Source of the DNA: a virus
DNA length: 64,000 nt
Reading direction: 5' to 3' (one strand)
IMG/VR virus record: IMGVR_UViG_3300030099_006395
Span: 1 to 64,000 of that record
The notes beneath the pieces were generated by a model, which did no database searches, was not told where the DNA came from, and saw nothing but the letters and a program-made list of their open reading frames with translations. Of this stretch, positions 18,151 through 26,983 are shown piece by piece. Position 1 is the first letter of the stretch, and the number at the start of each line of letters is the position of its first letter. Position numbers and translations under genes: made by a program.

Positions 18151-18624
18151 ATGAAAAGTTTTAAAGAAATTATAGAAAAAGTTTTACATCACGAAGGTGG
18201 TTATGTAAATGACCCTAAAGATTTGGGTGGTGAAACCAAGTATGGTATCACTAAAAGGTTTTATCCAGATGTTGATATTAAAAATTTAACAATCGAACAA
18301 GCAGTAGAAATCTATAAAAAAGATTATTGGGATAAAAACAAAGTTGAATCTTTACCACAGAATTTATGGCATATCTATTTTGATATGTGTGTAAATATGG
18401 GTAAGAGAACAGCAGTAAAGGTTTTACAACGAGCAGCTGTTAACAAAGGTAGAGATATAGAAGTTGATGGTGGTTTAGGACCAAAAACAATCGGAGCTCT
18501 CAAGGGTGTAGAATTAGATAGAGTCAGAGCTTTCAGAGTAAAGTATTATGTAGATTTAATAACAGCTAGACCAGAACAAGAAAAGTTTTATTTAGGATGG
18601 TTTAGAAGAGCAACGGAGGTATAA
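18151..18624 (+). CDS. glycoside hydrolase family 108 lysozyme (endolysin)
   Basis: HEGGYVNDPKDLGGETKYGIT; FDMCVNMG; DGGLGPKT; GWFRR. Confidence 0.9.
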   Translation: MKSFKEIIEKVLHHEGGYVNDPKDLGGETKYGITKRFYPDVDIKNLTIEQAVEIYKKDYWDKNKVESLPQNLWHIYFDMCVNMGKRTAVKVLQRAAVNKGRDIEVDGGLGPKTIGALKGVELDRVRAFRVKYYVDLITARPEQEKFYLGWFRRATEV

Positions 18625-18626
18625 GT

Positions 18627-18809
18627 ATGTCAACAGATAAATTATATAGTGAGATAAAAGAATTATTCGAACAATTTGAAGAAAATCATAATGTATTTTC
18701 AGAAAAAGGTACAAAAGCAGCTGGAGGTAGAGCCAGAAAAGCTATTGGTGAAATAAAAAAATTAGTTACAGGTTATAGACAAGCATCAGTTTCTGAATCA
18801 AAATCATAG
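18627..18809 (+). CDS. histone H1-like (Hc1 family) small protein
   Basis: EKGTKAAGGRARKAIGEIKKLVTGYRQASV. Confidence 0.7.
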   Translation: MSTDKLYSEIKELFEQFEENHNVFSEKGTKAAGGRARKAIGEIKKLVTGYRQASVSESKS

Positions 18810-18818
18810 GAGCGTAAT

Positions 18819-19571
18819 ATGGCAAACGAACAAAAGTTTCCAAGTGAAGTTGTAGATTTACCAAGTGGTGGTAAGGTATATCCAAAAGATTCACCATTAT
18901 CAAATGGTAAAATAGAATTAAAATATATGACTGCTAAAGAAGAAGATATCTTAACATCAGATAATCTTATTAAAAAAGGTGTTGTCATTACTAAACTATT
19001 AGATTCTTTAATACTTACAGAAGGTGTATCATCATCTGATTTAGTATTAGGTGATAAGAATGGTGTGATGGTAGCAGCTAGAATATTAGCATATGGTCCG
19101 GAATATCAAGCTAAAGTGAATGACCCAAAAACAGGTGATTTAGTTGATGTAACTTTTGATTTGACTGAATGCCCATTTAAAGAAATACCAGATGATTTAA
19201 CAGAAAATGGATATGAATTTGAGTTACCTATATCTAAAACAAAAGTATCATATAAAATACTTACAGGAAAAGATGAAGATGATATTAATTTGGAACTAAA
19301 AAATATTTCTAAAGTTAATAAAGGGGCTTCACCTGAAATAACCACACGAATTAGATATATGTTACAATCAGTAGATGGTGATTCTACACCACAAGTTATA
19401 AATAACTTTTCACAAAACATGCTAGCCAGAGATTCATTAGCTTTAAGGAAAGAAATCAAAAGAGTTTCACCTGATATTGTAATGGACCAAGAGATAGAAA
19501 TAGGAGGGGAGATGGTCTCGGTTACAATACCGATGACCACTAACTTTTTTTGGCCTAACAACGAAGTATAA
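18819..19571 (+). CDS. baseplate hub/tail assembly chaperone (gp26-like)
   Basis: LPSGG, MTAKEEDIL, D...++.ARI..YG motifs; ends IPMTTNFFWP. Confidence 0.75.
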   Translation: MANEQKFPSEVVDLPSGGKVYPKDSPLSNGKIELKYMTAKEEDILTSDNLIKKGVVITKLLDSLILTEGVSSSDLVLGDKNGVMVAARILAYGPEYQAKVNDPKTGDLVDVTFDLTECPFKEIPDDLTENGYEFELPISKTKVSYKILTGKDEDDINLELKNISKVNKGASPEITTRIRYMLQSVDGDSTPQVINNFSQNMLARDSLALRKEIKRVSPDIVMDQEIEIGGEMVSVTIPMTTNFFWPNNEV

Positions 19572-19782
19572 ACCAGAGTTACATAACCAAATATTTCAGT
19601 TAGTTTACTATGGAGAAGGTTTTACTTTTTCAGATGTCTATGATATGCCAGTATATCTTCGAAACTTTTATTATAAAAAGTTAGTAGATGCAAAAGAAAA
19701 AGAAAAAGAAGAAATAGACAAAGCTAAAAAGAAACAAAATTTCAACAAACCAAATTTACAATCATCAAGATTTCGTAGGTAA
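19546..19782 (+). CDS. frameshift extension of 18819..19571 (gp51-like hub assembly domain)
   Basis: Alternative frame reads FFGLTTKYKPELHNQIFQLVYYGEGFTFSDVYDMPVYLRNFYYKKL...; no start codon between TGA 19534 and ATG 19645; entered at the T7 run 19545-19551. Confidence 0.7.
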   Translation, partial: FFGLTTKYKPELHNQIFQLVYYGEGFTFSDVYDMPVYLRNFYYKKLVDAKEKEKEEIDKAKKKQNFNKPNLQSSRFRR

Positions 19783-19797
19783 TTTTACATAAAATTG

Positions 19798-19812
19798 ATA
19801 TTTATATATGAC
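19798..19812 (+). promoter_or_regulatory. putative late promoter
   Basis: ATATTTATATATGAC. Confidence 0.7.
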
Positions 19813-19836
19813 TAATTACATTATTAGGAGAATAAT

Positions 19837-20088
19837 ATGTCAATCAAATTAAAAGAATTATTAGATACAAAATCAAAACCTAAATTAATAGCTGAAGGAC
19901 TTTTTTCTAAATTAAAATCTTTATTTAAATTAGATAATAAAAAAATAAACACACTTAAAAAAGACAAAAAGTTTATGTCACATGTAAATAACATAAATTC
20001 TAGTTATAAAAGGTTATCAAAACAGATAGAAAAAGACTATGGTATAAAGATAAATTATCAAAAAATGAAAGCTAGTGATTTTTTATAA
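19837..20088 (+). CDS. small basic protein with KLKELL start
   Basis: AGGAG SD; MSIKLKELLD...LIAE. Confidence 0.65.
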   Translation: MSIKLKELLDTKSKPKLIAEGLFSKLKSLFKLDNKKINTLKKDKKFMSHVNNINSSYKRLSKQIEKDYGIKINYQKMKASDFL

Positions 20089-20100
20089 TAGGAATTTATA

Positions 20101-22110
20101 ATGGCTGATTTTAATCCCAGAAATATCAAAGCTTGGAAACAAGAAGTCAAAGCAGCTAAATCAGATTTGGCTGATATAGCAGATTTGTCTGCTCAGTTAG
20201 AAAAAAGTACTTTAAATTTATCAGAATCTCAAAAAACAAATAATAAATTCCTTGGTGAAGTTTTAGATGCATCAAAAGAAGCTGCAAAACAAGGAAAAAT
20301 GAATTTAGAACAATTAAAAGAGAGAGTAGATTTAATAAAAGATATTTCAAAAGGTGAAATGGATTTAAACCAAATAAAAGAAAAAGAAGAATCTATTGAA
20401 AAAGAAATAATAAAAATTAAAAGAAGATATATTGGTGCAAATAAAGAAAAAGGTGCACAATTAGTAGCTGAACTTGAAAAAAATCAAGAATTATTATCAC
20501 AAGAAAAAGAAAGAGTTTTGGCGGAGGAACGAAGTAAATCTTTATTAGAGGCTCAAGATATGCTTACAGGTGGAATGGCTTCAAAAATGAAAGAATTTAC
20601 AGAGGCTTTCCAAGCTGGGTTGGGACCTCAAGTGTTGATGTTAGCTGGTTTAGCTGCAATCGTAGCATTAGTAAGTAAATTTTCTGAAGGAATTGATGCT
20701 GTAGGTGATGAGTTTGGTGCCATAGGAGTTAAAGAATTTTCATCTGATTTGATGGCAGCAGATGCTGAGTTAGCAAGAATAGGAATGGACGCTGGAACAG
20801 CAGCTTCTATAACAACCGAATTAGCAGATAATTTTGGTGTTGGTGTAGAGGACGCCATTGGTATGGCAGCTGCAGTTGGTGATATGTCAAAGGCATTAGG
20901 GTTAAGTGTACAAGAGGGTGCACAATTGATGGGTACATTTACCACTATGGGTGGTATGACACCTCAACAAGCTGAAGACACTGCTAAAATGGCTGCTCAG
21001 TTAGCTAACGCTAACAATGTTAATCCATCTGCAGTATTAAAAGACATAGCTGGTAGTACAGAAACATTTGCTAAGTTTGGAAAAGATGGTGGTACTAATT
21101 TGGTAGAAGCAGCAGTTGTAGCTAAAAAGTTAGGAACTAATTTAGATTCTGTTGCAGATACAATGGAAGGTATGTTAGATTTTGCAAACTCTACTACAAA
21201 GGCTATGGAAGCTTCTGTACTAATTGGTAGAGATATAAATGTACAAAAATTACAAGAATTATCTTTAGCTGGTGATGCAGCTGGGGTATTAGAAGAACAA
21301 AAAAGATTATTAGGTGACGCTGAAAAGTTTAATTCTATGAATGTTATACAGAGAAAAGCTTTGGCAGAATCGTTAGGATTATCAGTCGAACAGGCTAACA
21401 AAATGGTTAACGCACAAGAAGACGCTGCAAGTTTAGCTGGTGAGTTAGCAAAACAACCTGGATTTGAAGAGTTAGTTGGTAAAGAAGCTTTATCAAGTCT
21501 TTCTCAATTGATGGGTTCATTAACTTCAATAGCGGCTGTGTTAACAAATGTATTAGGACCACCACTTAATTTTATTGTAGGTATTTTTGCAGAAGGTTTC
21601 AATGTAATCAATAGTGTTATTGATACATTGATGGAATTTCCAGCTTTGGCCACAATAGTTGGTGGTGCTTTGGCATTAATGAGTGGTAAATTTTTAGTGA
21701 CTGCTATTGCAGGTGTATGGGCTGGTGTAACATCTATTATGTCAATACCATTTGTAGGACCTGTTTTAGCTGGTATAGCTGCAGCAGGATTAATAGCTAC
21801 TATTTATAAGGCGATAGCTGGAGCTGGTTCACAAAAGGTTGGTGACGCTTTTATGCAAGGTGGAGGTGGTCCAATCGTAACCACACCACAAGGACAATCA
21901 TTTGAAGGTTCTGTAAGAGATGAAGTATTGATGGCACCTGGAATTGCAGGAGCTCAAGCAGCAACTGCAGCAGCTGGAGGTGGAGGAAATATGGCAGTTG
22001 TAGACGCTATAAATAATTTAAATACAACAACAAAAGAAAATAAACCACCATCGGCTAGAGATGTGGGTAAAAGAACAGGTAGAGCTTTAGAAGGAATAGG
22101 AGACGGATAA
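20101..22110 (+). CDS. tape measure protein
   Basis: Long helical Ala/Gly-rich protein with hydrophobic C-terminal segments, downstream of tube and chaperone. Confidence 0.85.
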   Translation: MADFNPRNIKAWKQEVKAAKSDLADIADLSAQLEKSTLNLSESQKTNNKFLGEVLDASKEAAKQGKMNLEQLKERVDLIKDISKGEMDLNQIKEKEESIEKEIIKIKRRYIGANKEKGAQLVAELEKNQELLSQEKERVLAEERSKSLLEAQDMLTGGMASKMKEFTEAFQAGLGPQVLMLAGLAAIVALVSKFSEGIDAVGDEFGAIGVKEFSSDLMAADAELARIGMDAGTAASITTELADNFGVGVEDAIGMAAAVGDMSKALGLSVQEGAQLMGTFTTMGGMTPQQAEDTAKMAAQLANANNVNPSAVLKDIAGSTETFAKFGKDGGTNLVEAAVVAKKLGTNLDSVADTMEGMLDFANSTTKAMEASVLIGRDINVQKLQELSLAGDAAGVLEEQKRLLGDAEKFNSMNVIQRKALAESLGLSVEQANKMVNAQEDAASLAGELAKQPGFEELVGKEALSSLSQLMGSLTSIAAVLTNVLGPPLNFIVGIFAEGFNVINSVIDTLMEFPALATIVGGALALMSGKFLVTAIAGVWAGVTSIMSIPFVGPVLAGIAAAGLIATIYKAIAGAGSQKVGDAFMQGGGGPIVTTPQGQSFEGSVRDEVLMAPGIAGAQAATAAAGGGGNMAVVDAINNLNTTTKENKPPSARDVGKRTGRALEGIGDG

Positions 22111-24263
22111 TGTCATTAAGGAATTTAAAAAGTGCATTTTCTGATTTTGTAAGAGAAACACAAGTAGAAGGTAGACATACAGAAAGTCCTACAACTGTTG
22201 TACCATTCTTACCATCTTCTGTTTTAGAGGCTACAACCTACGCTTATAATAGTATAACAGACGAACCAATAGATTTAGATGGTGGAATGGCACCAGTTAA
22301 TTTTCCATTATTAACTGATTTATTTAATAATCCAGAAACAACAACAACTCTAAATGATTCAACATCAAATATAAATTTTCAGGTTGGTTTAGGATTTCCA
22401 TCACCAAACATGAAAGCAGTTGTTTCAGGAGAAGGATTTCAAGCGAGTGTATCTTATATAAAAACAGCTACCGGTGATGTATTGGCTGCATCAGGTGCAG
22501 TTACGAAATTAGGAAAACTTTCTGATTTAGCTTCAAACATAGGTATAGACACACCTACTTTTGACTTTGGTGCAGATATATCAAGTCTTTTGGATGGGTT
22601 ACCAACACCACCTGAACCTCAATTTTTAAAATATGAAAATACTGTAGAAGAATTATTTAATTTAAATGGAGGGAATTTAACAGACAATTTTGCAAATACA
22701 GGTGATATTGATTCTACTCGTGGTATAATTTACCAAGTTTTAGGAGACCAAAATAAAGCAGGTTTGACTCCTGATTTTAGTTTTCAAGATAGAGTTCAAA
22801 ATATAGCTAATGTTGAATATATAAATCCAATAGCCTCCTTTAATGCAGGTAATATAGAATTTAAAGATGATTATTTTGAAGATATAGGACAATCATTAGG
22901 TGGACTTGCTAGTGCATTAACTCCTGACTTTATTGAAGATAGTTTAAAATTTTTATCAGAAAATGAAAAAATAAGAAATTTATTTTCTGGAATAGGTGGT
23001 GTATTTGAAAATATAGGTGGGTTTGGTAAGAGATTACCTCAACCTAAATTTCCTAAAATTGATATAGATTTTAGTAAAATAGGGAACTTCTTTAAAGGTG
23101 GTTCTGGATTGGGTGGTGGATTTTTAGGTGATTTAGGTAATAACATAAGTAAACTAGCTCAAGGGGTTGGTGACGCATTAAGTTCAGTAGCAGATACAAT
23201 AAAAGATGTTGGTGGACCAATTGCACAATCAGCTAAAGAATTAGCTTCTAACTTAAATCCATTAGATGAATTTACATTACCACAAATTAAATTACAAAAC
23301 CCAAGACAAACTTCTGTGACTGAATATGGTGGACAGGCTATTTTTAAACAAAATACACCGAGGGCTCTATCAAGAGAAATATCACTACGAACTACATCAC
23401 CTGTAGAAACTGCAGACAGAGCTTATGTAGAAAATGATGTATCTACACCATATGCTAAATTAGGAGAAGTTAGATATACAGGTGTGGTAAATGTACCAAA
23501 AGCCTATTATCCAAACGCCTCTATGGATGAAAAGGCTGGTGGAGATAAAATGACTTTAGCGGATGTTAAAGGTCCTTCATTGTCAGCTTATGATGACGCT
23601 ACACCTAACTTTGTAGATTCAGTCGAAAATGGAATGCCATTTTTCTTTAAAGATTTAAGAAACAATACTTATATAATATTTAGAGGTTATATAGATGGAA
23701 TAACAGATAATCCATCACCAAATTGGTCTGAACAAAATTATATAGGAAGAAGTGAAAGTAATTGGGTTTATACCGGAACAAGTAGAGAAATATCTTTTAA
23801 TTTTAAATTAGCAGCACAAACAGCTGTAGAATTAGATTCTATATATCTAAAAGTAAATAAATTAACTGGAATGGTTTATCCAGAATATATGGTAGACCAA
23901 TTTTTACAAACAGGAGGAAATGTTGATAACCCACAATTTAAAGTCAGAATGAAACCACCATTAGCTAGATTACGAATTGGTGATTTATTTGGTAATCCAT
24001 CAGGAGTAACTAGAGATGGTATTTTGGGTTTCATAAAAAGTATAAGTTATACTTGGCCTGACGAGTCACCTTGGGAGACAAGACATGGACAAAGAGTTCC
24101 TAAATTTTGTGATGTTTCTATTGGATGGCAAGTCATACATGAAAGAGTTCCTGATATGAATTATCCATTTTTCTATGGTTATAATCCTGATAGAGAAGAA
24201 GCTAGAGAATTACTAAATCAAAATAATTTAACTGCAGAAGAATTAGCTGCACTTGGAGGTTAA
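22110..24263 (+). CDS. baseplate/tail-tube initiator protein
   Basis: C-terminal FRGYIDGITDN.SPNW...YIGRSE...Y.G.SREISFNF...PPLARLRIGDLF...GFIKSISY tube-like fold motifs. Confidence 0.7.
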   Translation: MSLRNLKSAFSDFVRETQVEGRHTESPTTVVPFLPSSVLEATTYAYNSITDEPIDLDGGMAPVNFPLLTDLFNNPETTTTLNDSTSNINFQVGLGFPSPNMKAVVSGEGFQASVSYIKTATGDVLAASGAVTKLGKLSDLASNIGIDTPTFDFGADISSLLDGLPTPPEPQFLKYENTVEELFNLNGGNLTDNFANTGDIDSTRGIIYQVLGDQNKAGLTPDFSFQDRVQNIANVEYINPIASFNAGNIEFKDDYFEDIGQSLGGLASALTPDFIEDSLKFLSENEKIRNLFSGIGGVFENIGGFGKRLPQPKFPKIDIDFSKIGNFFKGGSGLGGGFLGDLGNNISKLAQGVGDALSSVADTIKDVGGPIAQSAKELASNLNPLDEFTLPQIKLQNPRQTSVTEYGGQAIFKQNTPRALSREISLRTTSPVETADRAYVENDVSTPYAKLGEVRYTGVVNVPKAYYPNASMDEKAGGDKMTLADVKGPSLSAYDDATPNFVDSVENGMPFFFKDLRNNTYIIFRGYIDGITDNPSPNWSEQNYIGRSESNWVYTGTSREISFNFKLAAQTAVELDSIYLKVNKLTGMVYPEYMVDQFLQTGGNVDNPQFKVRMKPPLARLRIGDLFGNPSGVTRDGILGFIKSISYTWPDESPWETRHGQRVPKFCDVSIGWQVIHERVPDMNYPFFYGYNPDREEARELLNQNNLTAEELAALGG

Positions 24264-24266
24264 TAT

Positions 24267-25349
24267 ATGCCAGCACCATTTTGTGATCCAGAATTAAATC
24301 CACCATACGGTAATTGCTGTATATTGGGTTACAATGACCCGTATCATGAGTATGCTGCAGTAGGATTAGGGCCCTTTGGCCAAACAGGAACAATGGCAGT
24401 TTGTAATTATAATCAATATTGTTATGACGATGCAGTAAGTTGTTTTGGTAGTTGTCCTAGCTCTGGACCAGGAGCACAAGCTTGTAATCAAGGTTGTAGA
24501 CATAGGTTGATGCATTGTTGTGATAAAACACCAGGAACTGAATATGAAAATAATTCAAACGCTGGTAGTATATGTGGTGAAGGTGCTATTGGTGATGAAG
24601 AATTGCAGGGTTACTATGAGTGTACATGTGGTAGTACAGCTGTTTTTATGCCTGATGGTGGAGGTCCACCAAAAATGAGACCACCACTAGCTACTTTTGA
24701 GAAACAACCAAATCAACCATTATCTGGTCAACATAATCAATCACATCCACCTGGAGGATATGCACAAAATAGATTAAGAAAAAATATGAATAAAACATCT
24801 AAATGTGGACCAAATGAAATGAGATTACCAAATGGACGTTGTCAAAGAACAAAATCAAAACAAATAGTAGCTTTAGATAATGGTAATGGTGATGTGGTAA
24901 TGGATTATGGATATGATTGTTGTAGTAGTCAATGTACTGATTTTTATGCTAGAGTTAGTTGTGGACAAGAAACAGTAACTTGTATGCTTCCACAAGGATG
25001 TAGTCAACTAAATTATAGTGAAAACTGGTGGAATCAAAATCTAAATGATCTTATTTTTGGTGACTATAGTAACTCTCAATATCAATATGGTGAAACTTTC
25101 GTAACAACATCATATGAGTTTGAACAAGTCAACGGTGGTGGATTATCTTGTTATGGTGGATGTAGTTATTCAGGTGGAGATTTGAGGTCAGCCTGTTTGG
25201 GCACTGGAGCTTCAGGTTATAGTGCATATAATAATCAATCAGTATGTGGTCAAGTAGTACGATGTAATTGTAAATGTTATGCTGATTGTGGAGCTTCAAT
25301 AATAGCTGATGAAGAAACTTCATTTGGAGGCAGTAAAGGTCCTTTTTAA
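24267..25349 (+). CDS. Cys-rich modular protein A-prime
   Basis: CC..C..F...V.C...ACLG...CG....C.C.C pattern shared with 10843..12009; ends KGPF. Confidence 0.8.
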   Translation: MPAPFCDPELNPPYGNCCILGYNDPYHEYAAVGLGPFGQTGTMAVCNYNQYCYDDAVSCFGSCPSSGPGAQACNQGCRHRLMHCCDKTPGTEYENNSNAGSICGEGAIGDEELQGYYECTCGSTAVFMPDGGGPPKMRPPLATFEKQPNQPLSGQHNQSHPPGGYAQNRLRKNMNKTSKCGPNEMRLPNGRCQRTKSKQIVALDNGNGDVVMDYGYDCCSSQCTDFYARVSCGQETVTCMLPQGCSQLNYSENWWNQNLNDLIFGDYSNSQYQYGETFVTTSYEFEQVNGGGLSCYGGCSYSGGDLRSACLGTGASGYSAYNNQSVCGQVVRCNCKCYADCGASIIADEETSFGGSKGPF

Positions 25350-25365
25350 TATGGAGATATAAATT

Positions 25366-26034
25366 ATGCCAAGAACAAAATGTCAAAGAGGATTTACAAT
25401 GAATACGTTAACAGGTATGTGTGAAGAAAATAGTAGACTTCAGACTCATACCCCACGTCGTACACAAAAAGCTAATGTTAGAAAAAATACACGAAATTTA
25501 AGAAGAGGAAACACAGGCGGCGGAAATTTACCATTTGCTGATTCACCATCATGTGGAGGAGAAGTATGGAGTGGTTGTTACACACCTTATCTTGAAGGAT
25601 GTAACATGCAATATTGGGATAGTTATTGTAATTGTATGAAAGATTATTATGATGCTATTGGTCAATCAACATTTTGGCAAGATGGTACATATCATTGTAG
25701 TCAAAGTGGTAATGACTGGGCACCTTGTTTATCATCAACAGAATGTATGAATCAAGGATGGTATAAAAATTGTACATGTCTACCACTAGATACAATGGGT
25801 GGGGGCAGTGGTGATTTTGTTTCATGTGCTTCTTTTCATTGTACTGGCTGTCATCATCCAAGTTCAGAAGACTATGTAGAAGGATTTGGTTTTCAGTATT
25901 TTTATTATCCACCTTGGTTTATTGATAATTGTATTCCACCTTTTGACTGGGCAGCCGGAGGAGGAATTGAAATAGGACCACCTAAAGGTGAGTTTAGTAG
26001 AGGTGGCCGTATAAGAAGACGTAGGAGAAGATAG
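25366..26034 (+). CDS. Cys-rich modular protein B-prime
   Basis: CQRGFTMNTLTGMC module; tail PPKGEFSRGGRIRRRRRR. Confidence 0.8.
   Translation: MPRTKCQRGFTMNTLTGMCEENSRLQTHTPRRTQKANVRKNTRNLRRGNTGGGNLPFADSPSCGGEVWSGCYTPYLEGCNMQYWDSYCNCMKDYYDAIGQSTFWQDGTYHCSQSGNDWAPCLSSTECMNQGWYKNCTCLPLDTMGGGSGDFVSCASFHCTGCHHPSSEDYVEGFGFQYFYYPPWFIDNCIPPFDWAAGGGIEIGPPKGEFSRGGRIRRRRRR
25977..26033 (+). repeat. 57-nt dispersed repeat, copy 2
   Basis: 56/57 identical to 11952..12008. Confidence 0.95.
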
Positions 26035-26687
26035 TGGCTAGGAGAGGTAGAAGAAATAGAAAAAATCCAAGAGTTTCAGTTTTTGCAATTCATCCTGTAC
26101 AAGGTGGTAATATTGGTGGAGATGATCAAGTATTACAAGAACCTGCATGTTGTACTCAACCAGACAGAACTTACTCATGTAGATATAAATGTGTTCCATG
26201 TTATCTTGCATCAAATCCAAATCAACTTGATCACCTACTTCCTGAAGGAAGCTTCTTTGAAGTCATGCCTGACTTTTGGACAGATAATTTAGCTGGTAGT
26301 CAATGTTTTGAAATAGTTTCAGTAGACCAAACATGTCTATCAGGAGGTGGTCCTGTAGCACATGGTATACCTAATTATGATTTTCAATCAGGTACTTATA
26401 ATTATTTAGCGGGTTCATTTGTACAAGAGGCGGAAGCGTGTCTTGGTAGATTAGTAAATATAATAGCGGGAGGTGCACAAACCTATGAAGGACATGGTGT
26501 ATGTCAATCCACTATGCCTGTAGGTGATTTTCAGTCAACTGTAAGTGGTCCTTGTATGTGTACATCTTATGCAAACTATCAATGTCCAGGACAGACAAAT
26601 CCAAATCCAGAAGAAAGTGAAGGAGATGGTCAACCAAAATTTGATTTTAGACGAGGTGGTAGAATAAACAGAAATAGGAGAAGATAA
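26034..26687 (+). CDS. Cys-rich modular protein C-prime
   Basis: PACCTQP..C...CVPC...QCF...C.C.......CPGQ shared with 13562..14704; tail FRRGGRINRNRRR. Confidence 0.8.
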   Translation: MARRGRRNRKNPRVSVFAIHPVQGGNIGGDDQVLQEPACCTQPDRTYSCRYKCVPCYLASNPNQLDHLLPEGSFFEVMPDFWTDNLAGSQCFEIVSVDQTCLSGGGPVAHGIPNYDFQSGTYNYLAGSFVQEAEACLGRLVNIIAGGAQTYEGHGVCQSTMPVGDFQSTVSGPCMCTSYANYQCPGQTNPNPEESEGDGQPKFDFRRGGRINRNRRR

Positions 26688-26980
26688 TGTCAAGATATGA
26701 TTCAACTAAAATAAAAAAAACAGAAGAAGAAAAATTTGGAAAAAGAATGAAATCTTTATCCTATACTACTACTATTTATAATGACACTCCTGAAAAAGAT
26801 GATGATATTTATGTCACAACACAAGTAGGAGATAGATTAGACAATTTAGCTCTAACTTTCTATGGTTCACCTGAATTTTGGTGGTTTATAGCTAATGTTA
26901 ATAATTTAACAACAATGAATGTTGAAGCTGGATTAACCTTGAGGATACCATCTTCTTTGTCAGACGCTAAAGGTAAATAA
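26687..26980 (+). CDS. LysM-like baseplate wedge protein (gp53/tail X-like)
   Basis: GDRLDNLALTFYGSPEFWWFIANVN...GLTLRIP. Confidence 0.85.
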   Translation: MSRYDSTKIKKTEEEKFGKRMKSLSYTTTIYNDTPEKDDDIYVTTQVGDRLDNLALTFYGSPEFWWFIANVNNLTTMNVEAGLTLRIPSSLSDAKGK

Positions 26981-26983
26981 GTT

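Noticed and set aside
18151-18180. MKSFKEIIE of the lysozyme as a T4-type capsid-targeting sequence
   Set aside because: GH108 enzymes normally begin with a similar short helix before EGGY, so the resemblance may be coincidental
11952-26033. 57-nt repeat pair as a diversity-generating retroelement TR/VR
   Set aside because: The single mismatch is C/T rather than adenine-specific, flanks are unrelated, and no reverse transcriptase is present in the window
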